The notes: generated from the letters alone by a model not told the origin. Positions 30,564 through 40,935 are shown, counted from the first letter of the stretch. The stretch: 64,000 bases of DNA from an uncultured bacterium (GCA_963822585.1 CAWGIE010000036.1:224001-288000), one strand, 5' to 3'. A program made the numbers and translations.

Positions 30564-31937
30564 TTAAAAGGGAAAGTTGAGTTGTAACTCCTTCCACATG
30601 GCCTTATTCTCCATGCAGAGATAGATCGGGAGAGAACGGTTTTCCTTCAGCAGTTCATCGATCAGAAAGCGGTATATCCGGGAACGAACCCGGGGCGGAT
30701 AACGAAGCTTGCCGTCGTATCCCAACACCATCTCGGCGTCGAGGATCTTGTTTCCCGGGAAACGAGCTTCAATTATCTTCTTTAACCGAGGCTTGAACCG
30801 GAAGGTCCCCAGGCTGATCCAGGCGACCCGGCCGGGGTCGATCGTCTCGAACAGTTCCCCGATAACGTCCCGGTAAGATTCCTCCCAGCCGGGGAAGAAA
30901 AAAACCGGGTCGAAGTGGAAAGCCGTCCGGTAGCCGGCTTCCGAAACCAGGGAGGCGGCGGACAACCGTGCATCCAGAGCAGCGGTATAGAGTTCGTTTT
31001 GGGAGATGATCTCCCGGGGATTCAATGACCAGGCGACAACGATATTTCCCCGCGGGTCCTTTTTGAGCAGATTTTCTATATTCGCGCTCTTGGTCTTGAG
31101 CTCGAATACCACGTCATCGCGTCCTCTGAAAAACTCCACCAGCGGAAGAGAGTACCCGGTTAGATTGTCCAGCATCAATGAATCGGAAAATTCTCCCGTC
31201 CCCAGCCGCAGCCGCCGGCCTCTCTGCCAGAGGCGGGTGGCGGGATGAATCAGATAGTCGGATAACCGTTCCAGGAAACGGTCGATATCGGCGGGGAAGA
31301 GCAGTCCGGGGGTGTTGACATATTCCTGGAGATAACAGTAAGCGCACTCATAGATACAACCGAAGCTCAGATTGAAGATGTGATACCCGCAGGGAACCGC
31401 CTGCCGGGTACAGGGACAGCGCTTGAAAAAATCCCGTTCTTCGTCGATGACAAAAACCGTCTCCGAACGCCGATTGTAATCGACGATTCTTCCGCCGGGA
31501 TACTCTCCCATAAAGGCTCTCAGGCTCGGAATCTCCGCGTAGGCGGCGGACGGGAATGACTCTTTGAAGACGGCGGCCAGCCGGGACTGCGAGACGGCCT
31601 TCTCGACGAATATCCTCCGGGGGGCGAAAGGAACCGGGCGCTCCTGCCGGCAATCCTCTTCTTCCAGTTCCAGTGCGGGCAAATAAAAGCGATCGGGAAC
31701 TCGTTCGTGGTCCAGGGAGGGGAAGCGGCGCTTGAGGAGATACGCCTTCAGTTCCCCGAAAGCCGCGGGCGGTTCGGGAGAGACAACCTCCCCCGGATCG
31801 ATGCCGTCCCGTTTGGAGATCTCATAGATCAGCCGGACGATCTCCCGCTCTTTGTTGACGCCGAAACGAGGATACTTCTCCCGGACCAGTTTCCGGGCCC
31901 GGCTCAGTCTCTCAGCTTCTCTTTGATAAACCCGCAT
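30564..31937 (-). CDS. Spore photoproduct lyase-like radical SAM protein
   Basis: CIYECAYC (CxxxCxxC), GTGEFSDSL, ELKTKS.N, WSLNP, HFDP, YLCME. Confidence 0.85.
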   Translation of the reverse strand: MRVYQREAERLSRARKLVREKYPRFGVNKEREIVRLIYEISKRDGIDPGEVVSPEPPAAFGELKAYLLKRRFPSLDHERVPDRFYLPALELEEEDCRQERPVPFAPRRIFVEKAVSQSRLAAVFKESFPSAAYAEIPSLRAFMGEYPGGRIVDYNRRSETVFVIDEERDFFKRCPCTRQAVPCGYHIFNLSFGCIYECAYCYLQEYVNTPGLLFPADIDRFLERLSDYLIHPATRLWQRGRRLRLGTGEFSDSLMLDNLTGYSLPLVEFFRGRDDVVFELKTKSANIENLLKKDPRGNIVVAWSLNPREIISQNELYTAALDARLSAASLVSEAGYRTAFHFDPVFFFPGWEESYRDVIGELFETIDPGRVAWISLGTFRFKPRLKKIIEARFPGNKILDAEMVLGYDGKLRYPPRVRSRIYRFLIDELLKENRSLPIYLCMENKAMWKELQLNFPF

Positions 31938-32623
31938 AGCAGCCGGGACGCCCTGACGAACGCCTTCCCCAGGATAGCTGTTTCTCTGATGCCCAATCGC
32001 CGCCAGTACGGCTTCTCCCCCACGATGTCAGTAACCACCAGCAGGGCCGCTGCTCGTTTCCCAATCATACTGGCGGCGGCGAAGAAGGCGGAGCTCTCCA
32101 GGTCGATTACCCGGGCGCCCCTTTCCGTCCAGAGGTTTTTATGCCGCTCCTGCAGCCGGAGCGAGCCGACGCTTATTCCCCTCGCCGCCGCGTCAGGAGG
32201 GGCGTCGATATAGGAATGAAGCGCCCCGGCGAGTTCGGGATCGGCCTCCGCCGGCATACCCGGTTCCGCGTTTCCGGCGAGAAGTTCTACGAAACTCTCC
32301 TGCGCGAAGCTGGCGGGGGGGACAATCAGACTGCCGATCTTGAGACCGGTTGGCTGTCCCAGCAGGCCGCAGGCGCCGAAGAGGATGATATTTTCACAGG
32401 GGGTTCCTTCCAGGTACAGGACCGCGTCGCCCGTGAAAGCCGGCCCCATCAGGCTGTGAATGACGGTAGCGCACGGTCCCCGGGCGGCGGCGTACAGACA
32501 TCCCCGGTTAAGCTTTTCGACGCCGAAAGGCCGGAGAAAGATCTTCCTGACAAAAGGCATCAGGACACAGGTGCGCTGCACCGAGGAGGCGGGAAGACCG
32601 AAAAGTCTCTTGAAAGGTTCCAT
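31904..32623 (-). CDS. Nucleoside phosphorylase-superfamily (PNP/UDP) protein
   Basis: MG...GDAV, I.FGACG, IGS..VP, IDLESSA, LLVVTD. Confidence 0.7.
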   Translation of the reverse strand: MEPFKRLFGLPASSVQRTCVLMPFVRKIFLRPFGVEKLNRGCLYAAARGPCATVIHSLMGPAFTGDAVLYLEGTPCENIILFGACGLLGQPTGLKIGSLIVPPASFAQESFVELLAGNAEPGMPAEADPELAGALHSYIDAPPDAAARGISVGSLRLQERHKNLWTERGARVIDLESSAFFAAASMIGKRAAALLVVTDIVGEKPYWRRLGIRETAILGKAFVRASRLLCGFIKEKLRD

Positions 32624-32646
32624 TTATGATTTTTCCTCTGGAAAAA

Positions 32647-35478
32647 TCATCTGGTAACGGGGATATCGCCCGAGCGGCCATAATAGGAGCGGGTCACTTT
32701 TCGGATGGCCCAGAGGCCGGCGGAGGGCCGGAAGACGCCGATGGCCGTCGGACCGGCACCGATGTAATCGGCCGGGACCGGTCGGTCGGCCGAGGAGCCG
32801 AAGTAAACCCGGGTAACGCCCCGGATCGCCCACAGACCTGAAGAAGCCCGGAAGATGCCGGCCGAACCGGTCCCGTTGCCCTTATAATCGGCGGGGACGA
32901 CCGCGTCGCCGCCCCCGCCGAAATAAAAGCGACTCACCCCTTTCAACGCCCAGAGACCGGAGGCACTTCGGAAAAGACCGGGTTCAGCTGTCCCGTCGCC
33001 GTTATAATCCCCCGGGACCGGGTTGTCGCCGGCGGCGCCGAAGTAGCTCCTGATCCCGCCGCGGATCGCCCAGAGGCCGATCGATCCCCGAAATATCCCC
33101 GGATCACAGAATCCATCGCCGTCATAATCAGCGGGGACCGGGAGATCGGAAGCCCCCCCGAAATAGACCCGGGTGACCCCCTTGATCGCCCAGACCCCGG
33201 ATCCACCCCGGAAGATCCCGATCTCGGAGGTCGCGTCGCCGTCATAATCGCCGGGGACCGGGAGATCGGAAGCCCCCCCGAAGTAGGTCCGGGTCACCCC
33301 CCGGATCGACCAGAGCCCCCCCACCTTCCGGAAGATGGCGATATCGGCCGCGCCGTCACCATTATAATCCCCCGAGGAGACCGCCGACCAGGGGACCCCG
33401 GTAAAAGGGCTCGGAGTGGGTTTCGCCTGGGCAAGGTTGCAGAGCTTCCGATCTAAATACGTATTGCCGTCGACGTCGGGATACCAGAGCCTCCCGGTGG
33501 ATTCCGGGGACCCGATCGTCCGGGGCAGAAAGATGTTCAACTCCTGCCCGCCATCATACTCCACGGTCAGGTAATCCGCGGTCTGGATGTTCCATAACTC
33601 CGTCCCCGGCTTCAGGTTGATCCGGAACTGGGCGAAGGACGGGAACTCGCTGCTTTCGACGAAAAAGTTGGCACTGTCCCTGATATAACCCACTGTTAAC
33701 CAGACTTCCGTGGGAGTAACTTGGGTACAGACGTCGAAATAATATGTCCAGCCGTCGGGCAATGACGAGCGGCTGCTTTGGATATCGGCATCTTCCAGAT
33801 TTTTCAGATAAAGAGGCATCTCGCAGAGCCCGGTTTCGGGGGTCGGCGTCGTGGTCGGCGTCACGCTCGGTGTGGGTGAAGTGGACGGAGTGGCTGTGAC
33901 CGAAGGAGTCGGTGTAATGGAGGGGGTGGGCGTTGAGGTCGGAGTGGGGGTCGAAGACGGCGTTATCGACGGCGTGGGGGTACCGGTCGGGGACGGTGTT
34001 ATCCACTTCATCCTGCCGAGAAAAACATCGGTGCTCCCGGCCCGGGACGGTTGGTAGGGGTTGAGCGTCGGGAAATTGTCGGATCCGGTCGAGCCGACGA
34101 TGAAACCCCAGCCCGCCGGGCCGACGGCGGGAGCGGTTCCGAAATCATCCCCTCCCCCGCCGAAATACGTTGAATAAACCAATGACGTACCGCCGGGATA
34201 GAACTCGCAGATAAAGGCGTCCCCAGGCCCCGTCCCTTCTCCATAAGAGGCCTGGTAAGCCGCACGGGTCGGGAAATCGGTCGATTCGGTGCGACCGGTC
34301 AGGTAAACCCGCCCGGCCGCGTCGATGGCCACCCCCTTCCCGCTGCCGAGATCCCCCCGCAGGCCGCCACCGTATTCCAGCCCACTCCCGCCCAGGTAGG
34401 TGGAAAAGGTCAGTGATGAGCCGGATGATGAGAGCATGGACAACCAGGAGTCATATGACCCGGCGTTGCTGGCCTGGTACGAATTCCGGGTGGGGAAGTT
34501 GGAGGAGAATGTGTTTCCGGCGACAACGACGGCGGCGGCGGTGTTCACGGCAACGCCAACGGCGAGATCAATGCTGGTTCCGCCGAGGTAGGTCGAATAG
34601 ATCAGTGTGGAGGTTGAAGAGGAGACCTTGCAGATAAAAGCGTCGAAGGTGGAACCGCCGGTACCGTCAAGGGACGGCTGATAAGAATTTTTAGTGGGGA
34701 AGTTCTGTGATTTTGTGTAACCGGCGATGCAGGCGCTCCCCCCGGGATCAACCGCGAGATCATTGCCCCGCTCATCATAGGTCCCTCCCAGATAGGTGGA
34801 ACCGGTCAACTCCGAACCGGAGGAGGAAATCACGGCGAGAAAGACATCGTCAGATCCGGCTCGGGAGGGCTGATAGGCATTAATGGTCGGAAAATTGTCG
34901 GAGGCGGAGTACCCGGATAAAAAGGCCGCTCCTCCAACCAGCGCGATGCCGTAGCCGGCGTCATTGCCGGAGCCGCCGAGATAGGTTGAGTAATCCAGCC
35001 CGTCGCCCGCAGAGGTGAACCGGACGATAAACACATCGGTCCCCCCGGCATTGCTGGACTGGTACGGGTTCACGGTGGGAAAATCGGATGAGCCGGTACT
35101 CCCGCAGACATACGCCGCGCCGGATGCATCAATCGCGACCGAGTAGCCGTAATCACTCCCGCCCCCCCCCAGGTAGGTGGAATAGATCAAACCGCTGCCC
35201 GACGAGGTGAACTTAAGGATAAACGCGTCCGGCATGACCGCGGCCGGGCTCAGCTGGTAGGCATTCGTGGTGGGAAAATCAAGAGACTGAGTCTCTCCGC
35301 AGAGAAACGCATTGCCGTTAGAACCGACAGCTACCGCCCAGCCATAATCAGCATCCGCTCCTCCCAGGTAGGTGGAATAATCGAGGTGGAATGTTCCTCC
35401 CCAAGAAAGACCGGGAATGGCGACAGTGCCGAGCAGCACGATTCTGAAAATAATGCTTTTAATGGCCAGGGCTTTCAC
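32647..35478 (-). CDS. Exported SBBP beta-propeller protein with Pro/Thr linker and FG-GAP-like C-terminal repeats
   Basis: Repeated YSTYLGG..D...G.T.S..FPT; (TP)n linker; GDYNGDG repeats. Confidence 0.9.
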   Translation of the reverse strand: MKALAIKSIIFRIVLLGTVAIPGLSWGGTFHLDYSTYLGGADADYGWAVAVGSNGNAFLCGETQSLDFPTTNAYQLSPAAVMPDAFILKFTSSGSGLIYSTYLGGGGSDYGYSVAIDASGAAYVCGSTGSSDFPTVNPYQSSNAGGTDVFIVRFTSAGDGLDYSTYLGGSGNDAGYGIALVGGAAFLSGYSASDNFPTINAYQPSRAGSDDVFLAVISSSGSELTGSTYLGGTYDERGNDLAVDPGGSACIAGYTKSQNFPTKNSYQPSLDGTGGSTFDAFICKVSSSTSTLIYSTYLGGTSIDLAVGVAVNTAAAVVVAGNTFSSNFPTRNSYQASNAGSYDSWLSMLSSSGSSLTFSTYLGGSGLEYGGGLRGDLGSGKGVAIDAAGRVYLTGRTESTDFPTRAAYQASYGEGTGPGDAFICEFYPGGTSLVYSTYFGGGGDDFGTAPAVGPAGWGFIVGSTGSDNFPTLNPYQPSRAGSTDVFLGRMKWITPSPTGTPTPSITPSSTPTPTSTPTPSITPTPSVTATPSTSPTPSVTPTTTPTPETGLCEMPLYLKNLEDADIQSSRSSLPDGWTYYFDVCTQVTPTEVWLTVGYIRDSANFFVESSEFPSFAQFRINLKPGTELWNIQTADYLTVEYDGGQELNIFLPRTIGSPESTGRLWYPDVDGNTYLDRKLCNLAQAKPTPSPFTGVPWSAVSSGDYNGDGAADIAIFRKVGGLWSIRGVTRTYFGGASDLPVPGDYDGDATSEIGIFRGGSGVWAIKGVTRVYFGGASDLPVPADYDGDGFCDPGIFRGSIGLWAIRGGIRSYFGAAGDNPVPGDYNGDGTAEPGLFRSASGLWALKGVSRFYFGGGGDAVVPADYKGNGTGSAGIFRASSGLWAIRGVTRVYFGSSADRPVPADYIGAGPTAIGVFRPSAGLWAIRKVTRSYYGRSGDIPVTR

Positions 35479-35710
35479 GGATCAGCTCACTATCATATTT
35501 CATTGATTCTCTTCCATGACCAATCATCAGGACACATAAAAGCAGCAGAATATTTGAATTCCCCACACGCAATTGAAGAAAACCAATATAGTATACCATA
35601 CTTCAACGTGCCACGGCAGGAAAAGGCTGCCGCTTAAGAAAAAATCTCCATGCAAGAAACCATTACCCCCATTATAATGTTCCGGAGGTGCCGGAGTTTG
35701 AATCAACGAC

Positions 35711-37237
35711 ATGAGAAATAACTGGCAGACATTCCAGGCTGTTATCAGGAGCGTCGGCTCCCTGCTCTTTATCCTGGGAGTGTTCCTCCTTCTGCCGCTG
35801 GTTCCGGTATTCATTTACGGCGAATATGCTGCCGGCCCGCTCACTCTCTTCGCTTTCATTGTTCCCGCCGGCCTCGCCATCATCCTCGGCATGATCACCC
35901 GGAAATACCTTCCTCCGGGCGAGATCACCAATACCCAGGCGATGCTGGTCTGCTGTCTGGGCTGGATCGTCTTTTCTCTCATCGGCGCCCTCCCTTTTTG
36001 CATCGCTCTGGGCGCCGGTTATCTCGACGCCGTCTTCGAGACGATGAGCGGATTCACCACCACCGGCATCACCCTCTTCTCCGGCCTGGACGCGATGCCG
36101 AAAAGCATCCTCTTCTGGAGAAGCCTCACCCAGTGGATCGGGGGATTGGGGATACTCACCTTCTTTCTGGCCGTCGGTTTCCGAGGAGGGAGTGCCCACC
36201 GCCTCTTCGGGGCGGAGAGCCACAAGATCGAGACGGGGCGCCCGGTGCCGGGTCTCGCCAACACCCTGAAGATACTCTGGGGGATCTACATCCTCTTCAC
36301 CCTCTTGATCTGCGCCGGGCTGGTTATGAGCGGGATGCCTTTTTTCGACGGTGTCTGCCATACGTTTACCGCCCTCTCGACCGGAGGGTTCTCCCCCCAT
36401 GACGCCAGCATCGGATATTACCGAAGCCCGGCGCACCCTCACTTCATCGCGATCGAGTACGTCATCATGGTGGGGATGTTCCTCGGAGGTACCAACTTTC
36501 TTATTCATTATCGGATCCTGAAAGGACGGTTCCGGTCGCTCTACGACAATACCGAGATGCGATACTGGCTGGGGTTTATCGCTCTCTTCATCATCCTCAT
36601 CCTGCTGGAGGAGGTTATCGCCCCCGGAGGCGATCGGAGGATGGTACCTCCGGGCACCGCCTCCTGGCTCGGGGAGATCGAATATCATCTCCGGACGGTG
36701 GCATTCCAGGTTATCTCCATCATCACGACCACCGGTTTCGCCACCAAGGACATCGGCAGCCCCTATTTCGGACCCCTGGCCAGGCAGCTTTTCCTGGTCA
36801 TGATGGTGATCGGGGGCTGCGTCGGTTCCACCGGCGGCGGATTTAAAGTCCTGCGGACGGCGATCATGCTCAAGGCGGTACGGAGAGAAATCTTCCGTCT
36901 TCGGGCTCCCCGCAGCGCCGTCTCCAATGTCGTCGTCGACGGCAAAACGGTCTCGATCGAAGAGATCCGCCGGGTTGGCGGACTCTTCTTCGCGTGGATG
37001 CTGCTGCTGGCGATCGGAGGAGGGATCACGGCCCTGTTTTCCGGGCTTTCCGGCTTCAGTTCTTTCTCCGGCATATGCAGTGCCCTCGGGAACATTGGTC
37101 CCTGTTATATTTCGGTCACAGAGATGGCGAAACTTCACCCGATCATAAAATTAACCTACATTTTCGGGATGCTGGCCGGAAGGCTGGAGATTTTCCCGGT
37201 CCTGCTTCTCTTCAGCAGAAGAGCATGGAGAAGCTGA
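35711..37237 (+). CDS. trkH: Trk potassium uptake membrane subunit
   Basis: FETMSGFTTTG, QWIGGLG, STGGF, GGC.GSTGGG.K, GNIGP, M..GRLE. Confidence 0.95.
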   Translation: MRNNWQTFQAVIRSVGSLLFILGVFLLLPLVPVFIYGEYAAGPLTLFAFIVPAGLAIILGMITRKYLPPGEITNTQAMLVCCLGWIVFSLIGALPFCIALGAGYLDAVFETMSGFTTTGITLFSGLDAMPKSILFWRSLTQWIGGLGILTFFLAVGFRGGSAHRLFGAESHKIETGRPVPGLANTLKILWGIYILFTLLICAGLVMSGMPFFDGVCHTFTALSTGGFSPHDASIGYYRSPAHPHFIAIEYVIMVGMFLGGTNFLIHYRILKGRFRSLYDNTEMRYWLGFIALFIILILLEEVIAPGGDRRMVPPGTASWLGEIEYHLRTVAFQVISIITTTGFATKDIGSPYFGPLARQLFLVMMVIGGCVGSTGGGFKVLRTAIMLKAVRREIFRLRAPRSAVSNVVVDGKTVSIEEIRRVGGLFFAWMLLLAIGGGITALFSGLSGFSSFSGICSALGNIGPCYISVTEMAKLHPIIKLTYIFGMLAGRLEIFPVLLLFSRRAWRS

Positions 37238-37304
37238 TGACTTGCATCTTGCCCATTTTTTCTGGTATTATTCATCGATCCATTGACTTGCTTTCATTCT
37301 TTTC

Positions 37305-37384
37305 AACCACGAAGGGCAGGAATATAGATAGCAAAGAAATCTATACTCGCTCCTCATGATTGTGTTCTTCGTTTCCTTCGCGGT
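37305..37384. repeat. Degenerate inverted nonamer element
   Basis: ACCACGAAGG...CCTTCGCGGT. Confidence 0.5.
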
Positions 37385-37411
37385 CAAATCAGATTTGAGA
37401 GGAAACAGATT

Positions 37412-38086
37412 ATGTACGTTATCGTCGCCGGCGCGGGGTTGATCGGTCATGAAATCACCGTTATGTTGATCGGGAATAAGCATGACGTGGTGGTAATCGA
37501 CAGCGACCGGGAAGTTTGCGACAAGGTGCACGCGGAGACCGGTGCCATGGCCATCAACGGTAACGCGACCGACATCAGGGTTCTTACCGATGCCGGTGCG
37601 TCCCGGGCGGATGTCATCATTTGCGTCATGCACAGTGACGCGGATAATATCGCCTGCGCCCTTCTGGCCAGAAGCCTGGGGGTCCCCCGGATCGTCGCCC
37701 GGCTCCGGGATCCCCGCTACGAGCAGGCGTACAAGTTGGCCGGTGTGACTTCCATCGTCAGAATGGCCGATCTGATTTTGAACCGGATAATCATGGAAGT
37801 GGAGCAGCCCCGCGTACGGAAAATCATGGTCCTGGGTGGGGGGAAGGCTCAGCTGTACGCGGTGAAGATCCCCGGCAACGCCCGGAGCATCGGAATGTCG
37901 ATCCGGGACATAACCCGGGGGAAAAAATTTCCTCAGGAATGCGTATTCACCGGCGTCTACCGGGAGGAGAAGGGGGAATTTCTCTTTCCCCGGGGAGACT
38001 ATGTCATTCAGGGCGAGGATACCGTCTCCCTGGTTTCAACCAGTCAGTATATTAAACCGGCCACTGATTTTCTGACCAGAGCATGA
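37412..38086 (+). CDS. trkA: Trk potassium uptake NAD-binding subunit
   Basis: GAGLIG Rossmann motif, G.AT, RCK-C (FPRGD) domain. Confidence 0.9.
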   Translation: MYVIVAGAGLIGHEITVMLIGNKHDVVVIDSDREVCDKVHAETGAMAINGNATDIRVLTDAGASRADVIICVMHSDADNIACALLARSLGVPRIVARLRDPRYEQAYKLAGVTSIVRMADLILNRIIMEVEQPRVRKIMVLGGGKAQLYAVKIPGNARSIGMSIRDITRGKKFPQECVFTGVYREEKGEFLFPRGDYVIQGEDTVSLVSTSQYIKPATDFLTRA

Positions 38087-38093
38087 TTTAGAT

Positions 38094-38924
38094 ATGCATT
38101 CCCGCGCCCCTGTCAGCGACAGATCGATCGGTGCCTTCCGCCGGAGAATTTATCGCTTCTACAACGCCCAGGGGCGATCTCTGCCCTGGCGGGAGACCGG
38201 TGACCCCTATCACGTCCTGGTCTCCGAATTCATGCTCCAGCAGACCCGGGTGGATCGGGTGATCGAAAAATATCCCCGTTTCATCGCCGCCTTCCCCGAT
38301 CTCCCTTTTCTGGCCCGGGCTCCCTTTCGTGAAGTCCTCCACGGCTGGGAGGGACTCGGATACAACCGCCGGGCGCTCTTTCTGAAAAAAAGCGCGGAGA
38401 CGGTCGTGGCCCGTTACGGAGGGCGTATCCCCTCCGACCCGGCGGATCTGATCGCGCTGCCCGGGATCGGACCCGCCACCGCCGCCTCGATCGCCGTCTT
38501 CGCTTTTAACGCGCCCCTCATCTTTATCGAGACAAACGTCAGGACCGTTTTTCTCCACACCTTCTTCCCGGAGGGGCGCGGCATCATGGACTCCGCACTC
38601 CTCCCTTTGATCGGCCGGGCGCTCGATCGACAAAATCCCGCCCGGTGGTACAACGCCCTGATGGACTATGGCTCGATGCTGAAGAAAAAATTCGGCAACC
38701 CCGGGCGGAGGAGCGCGCATTACTCGCGGCAGGCCCCGTTTCCAGGTTCGAACCGTCAGATCCGCGGTCTCATTCTGAAACTCCTGAACAATGCCGGGGG
38801 GCTCAGCGAAGCGATCCTGATCGACCGGGTGGGACAATGCCCGGAGAAGGTACGGAGAATGATCGCCTCTTTGCAGAGAGAAGGGTTCCTGCGGGAAGAA
38901 CGGGGAAGATATGAGATAGCTTAA
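38094..38924 (+). CDS. mutY: A/G-specific adenine glycosylase, short MutY-like form
   Basis: LPWR, VSEFMLQQT, W.GLGY.RRA, LPGIG..TA HhH; no Cys cluster. Confidence 0.8.
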   Translation: MHSRAPVSDRSIGAFRRRIYRFYNAQGRSLPWRETGDPYHVLVSEFMLQQTRVDRVIEKYPRFIAAFPDLPFLARAPFREVLHGWEGLGYNRRALFLKKSAETVVARYGGRIPSDPADLIALPGIGPATAASIAVFAFNAPLIFIETNVRTVFLHTFFPEGRGIMDSALLPLIGRALDRQNPARWYNALMDYGSMLKKKFGNPGRRSAHYSRQAPFPGSNRQIRGLILKLLNNAGGLSEAILIDRVGQCPEKVRRMIASLQREGFLREERGRYEIA

Positions 38925-39120
38925 CCCGATGTATGCCAGTCAAATGTTTATTTCTGCCGATAGCATTATCAGGAAGAATAACATGTTGTCCTGCCGGAGA
39001 AGTAAAAGCAGCATGCTGTAGCCGTATAAACAAGATTGCTATTCCTAAATATATTAAACGACAATATAATAGCCTGGATTATTCGTGAAAATATTTCATT
39101 TTCACGAATAATTCAGGCTA
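38922..39120. mobile_element. AT-rich MITE-like repeat, copy 1
   Basis: Colinear with the sequence flanking the ISL3; terminal palindrome TAGCCTGGATTATTCGTGAAAAT..ATTTTCACGAATAATTCAGGCTA. Confidence 0.6.
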
Positions 39121-39125
39121 AGCCG

Positions 39126-40769
39126 ATGAAGATCGCAATCGCCCAGCTCAATCCTACTGTGGGAGACATCGACGGGAACCTGGCTAAGATCGAGGCCGCT
39201 CTCGGATTTTTGCAATCGGATGTCGACCTGATCGTTTTCCCGGAGTTGTTCCTGACCGGGTACCCCCCCCGGGATCTTCTGGAAAAATCCTGGTTTATCG
39301 ACCGGGTGAAGGGGGCTCTGCGTCGGGTCGGCGGGATGTCACGCCGTTTGCCCGGGACCGGGATCCTGCTGGGCGCGCCGATTCCGAGCGGAAAGAAGAA
39401 AGGGAAGGGGCTTTATAACGCCGCCGTCCTTTTTGAAAAAGGCAAGATCCTGCTCCGGCAGCCCAAGACGCTGCTCCCCACCTATGACGTCTTCGATGAG
39501 GTCCGTTACTTCGACCCGGCGCCCGATCAGACGCCGGTCGCTTTCAAGGATGAGAAGATCGGCGTCTCCATCTGTGAGGATGCCTGGAACGATCCCGGAT
39601 TCTGGCCCCGGCGGTATTATGCCACGGATCCGATTCAGGCCCTGGCGCGAAAAGGAGCTACCCTCCTGATTAATATCTCGGCCTCTCCCTTTTCCGCCGG
39701 GAAGGAAATGCTCCGGTTCAATCTGCTGGGCAGGCAGGCCCGCAAGTACCGGCTCCCCTTCATTTATGTCAACCAGGTCGGCGGGAATGATGAGCTTATT
39801 TTCGACGGGAGAAGCCTGGTTTTCGATGGGCGGGGGAGGCCGGCGGCCGTCCTGGCCGCTTTCGAAGAAGAACTGCGAACGATAGAAAGCCGGGATGAAG
39901 GGAACGAGGGCTCCTTCACTCCTCTGGGAAACAGTGAATCGGTATCCCGGGCGTTGATCCTGGGGCTTCGTGACTATATGCGGAAATGCGGCTTTGGCAG
40001 CGCGTTGGTCGGGCTCTCGGGAGGAATAGACTCAGCCGTCACCGCCGCCCTGGCCGCCCGGGCGATCGGCAATGACAACCTTTTCGGCATCGCCATGCCT
40101 TCGCCCTATACTTCACCGGAAAGCAATCTCCTGGCGGCGGATCTCGCCGAGAATCTCGGCATTTCCTTGACCACGGTACCGATATCCCCCATTTATCAAT
40201 CCTATCTCCGCTCCCTGAAAAAAATTCTGCCGGCGGGGAACGAAAACGCGGACCTGGCCAGTGAAAACATCCAGGCCAGGATCCGGGGTAACATCCTGAT
40301 GGCATTTTCCAATCGTTTCGGCTCTCTGGTGCTTTCGACCGGCAATAAGAGTGAGATGGCGACCGGCTACTGCACTCTTTATGGGGACATGTCCGGCGGC
40401 CTGGCGGTTCTCTCCGATGTCCCCAAGACGATGGTGTATGAACTGGCCGCTTACATCAACCGGGAATCCAAGATAATCCCCCGGGGGATTATCGATCGCC
40501 CCCCGTCGGCGGAATTGAAGCCGGATCAGACCGACCAGGATACTCTCCCCCCCTACCCTCTCCTCGACCGTATCCTTTTTCGTTACATCGAAGAGGGCCG
40601 GGCCCCGGCGGATATTGTGGGGTTGGGCTTCGAGGAGAAAGTCGTGGACTGGGTGGTAAAAGCGGTCAATAACAACGAGTATAAACGGCGGCAGGCCCCC
40701 CCCGGCCTCAAGGTCACCAGCAAGGCGTTTGGTTGCGGTCGGAGAATGCCGATCGCGGCAACATACTGA
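39126..40769 (+). CDS. nadE: Glutamine-dependent NAD+ synthetase
   Basis: Nitrilase domain (FPEL, K, ICED) plus SGGIDS, ENIQARIRG, TGNKSE, PSAEL. Confidence 0.96.
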   Translation: MKIAIAQLNPTVGDIDGNLAKIEAALGFLQSDVDLIVFPELFLTGYPPRDLLEKSWFIDRVKGALRRVGGMSRRLPGTGILLGAPIPSGKKKGKGLYNAAVLFEKGKILLRQPKTLLPTYDVFDEVRYFDPAPDQTPVAFKDEKIGVSICEDAWNDPGFWPRRYYATDPIQALARKGATLLINISASPFSAGKEMLRFNLLGRQARKYRLPFIYVNQVGGNDELIFDGRSLVFDGRGRPAAVLAAFEEELRTIESRDEGNEGSFTPLGNSESVSRALILGLRDYMRKCGFGSALVGLSGGIDSAVTAALAARAIGNDNLFGIAMPSPYTSPESNLLAADLAENLGISLTTVPISPIYQSYLRSLKKILPAGNENADLASENIQARIRGNILMAFSNRFGSLVLSTGNKSEMATGYCTLYGDMSGGLAVLSDVPKTMVYELAAYINRESKIIPRGIIDRPPSAELKPDQTDQDTLPPYPLLDRILFRYIEEGRAPADIVGLGFEEKVVDWVVKAVNNNEYKRRQAPPGLKVTSKAFGCGRRMPIAATY

Positions 40770-40820
40770 TCGATTCCGTGGACTTATTGGCAGCCCTGGA
40801 CCCTGATGCAATAATAATAA

Positions 40821-40916
40821 AACCACGAAGGACACGAAGTTCACGAAGACTTTTTATATCGGGGGAAAGCCATTCTTTTTTATTTATTCTTCGTGTACTT
40901 CGTGCTCTTCGTGGTT
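40821..40916. repeat. Inverted nonamer array (CACGAAGNN)
   Basis: Three units per arm, between convergent genes. Confidence 0.85.
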
Positions 40917-40935
40917 CATTTAAATATCGCTCCCT

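Noticed and set aside
35672..37138. 488-aa antisense ORF
   Set aside because: Shadow of trkH
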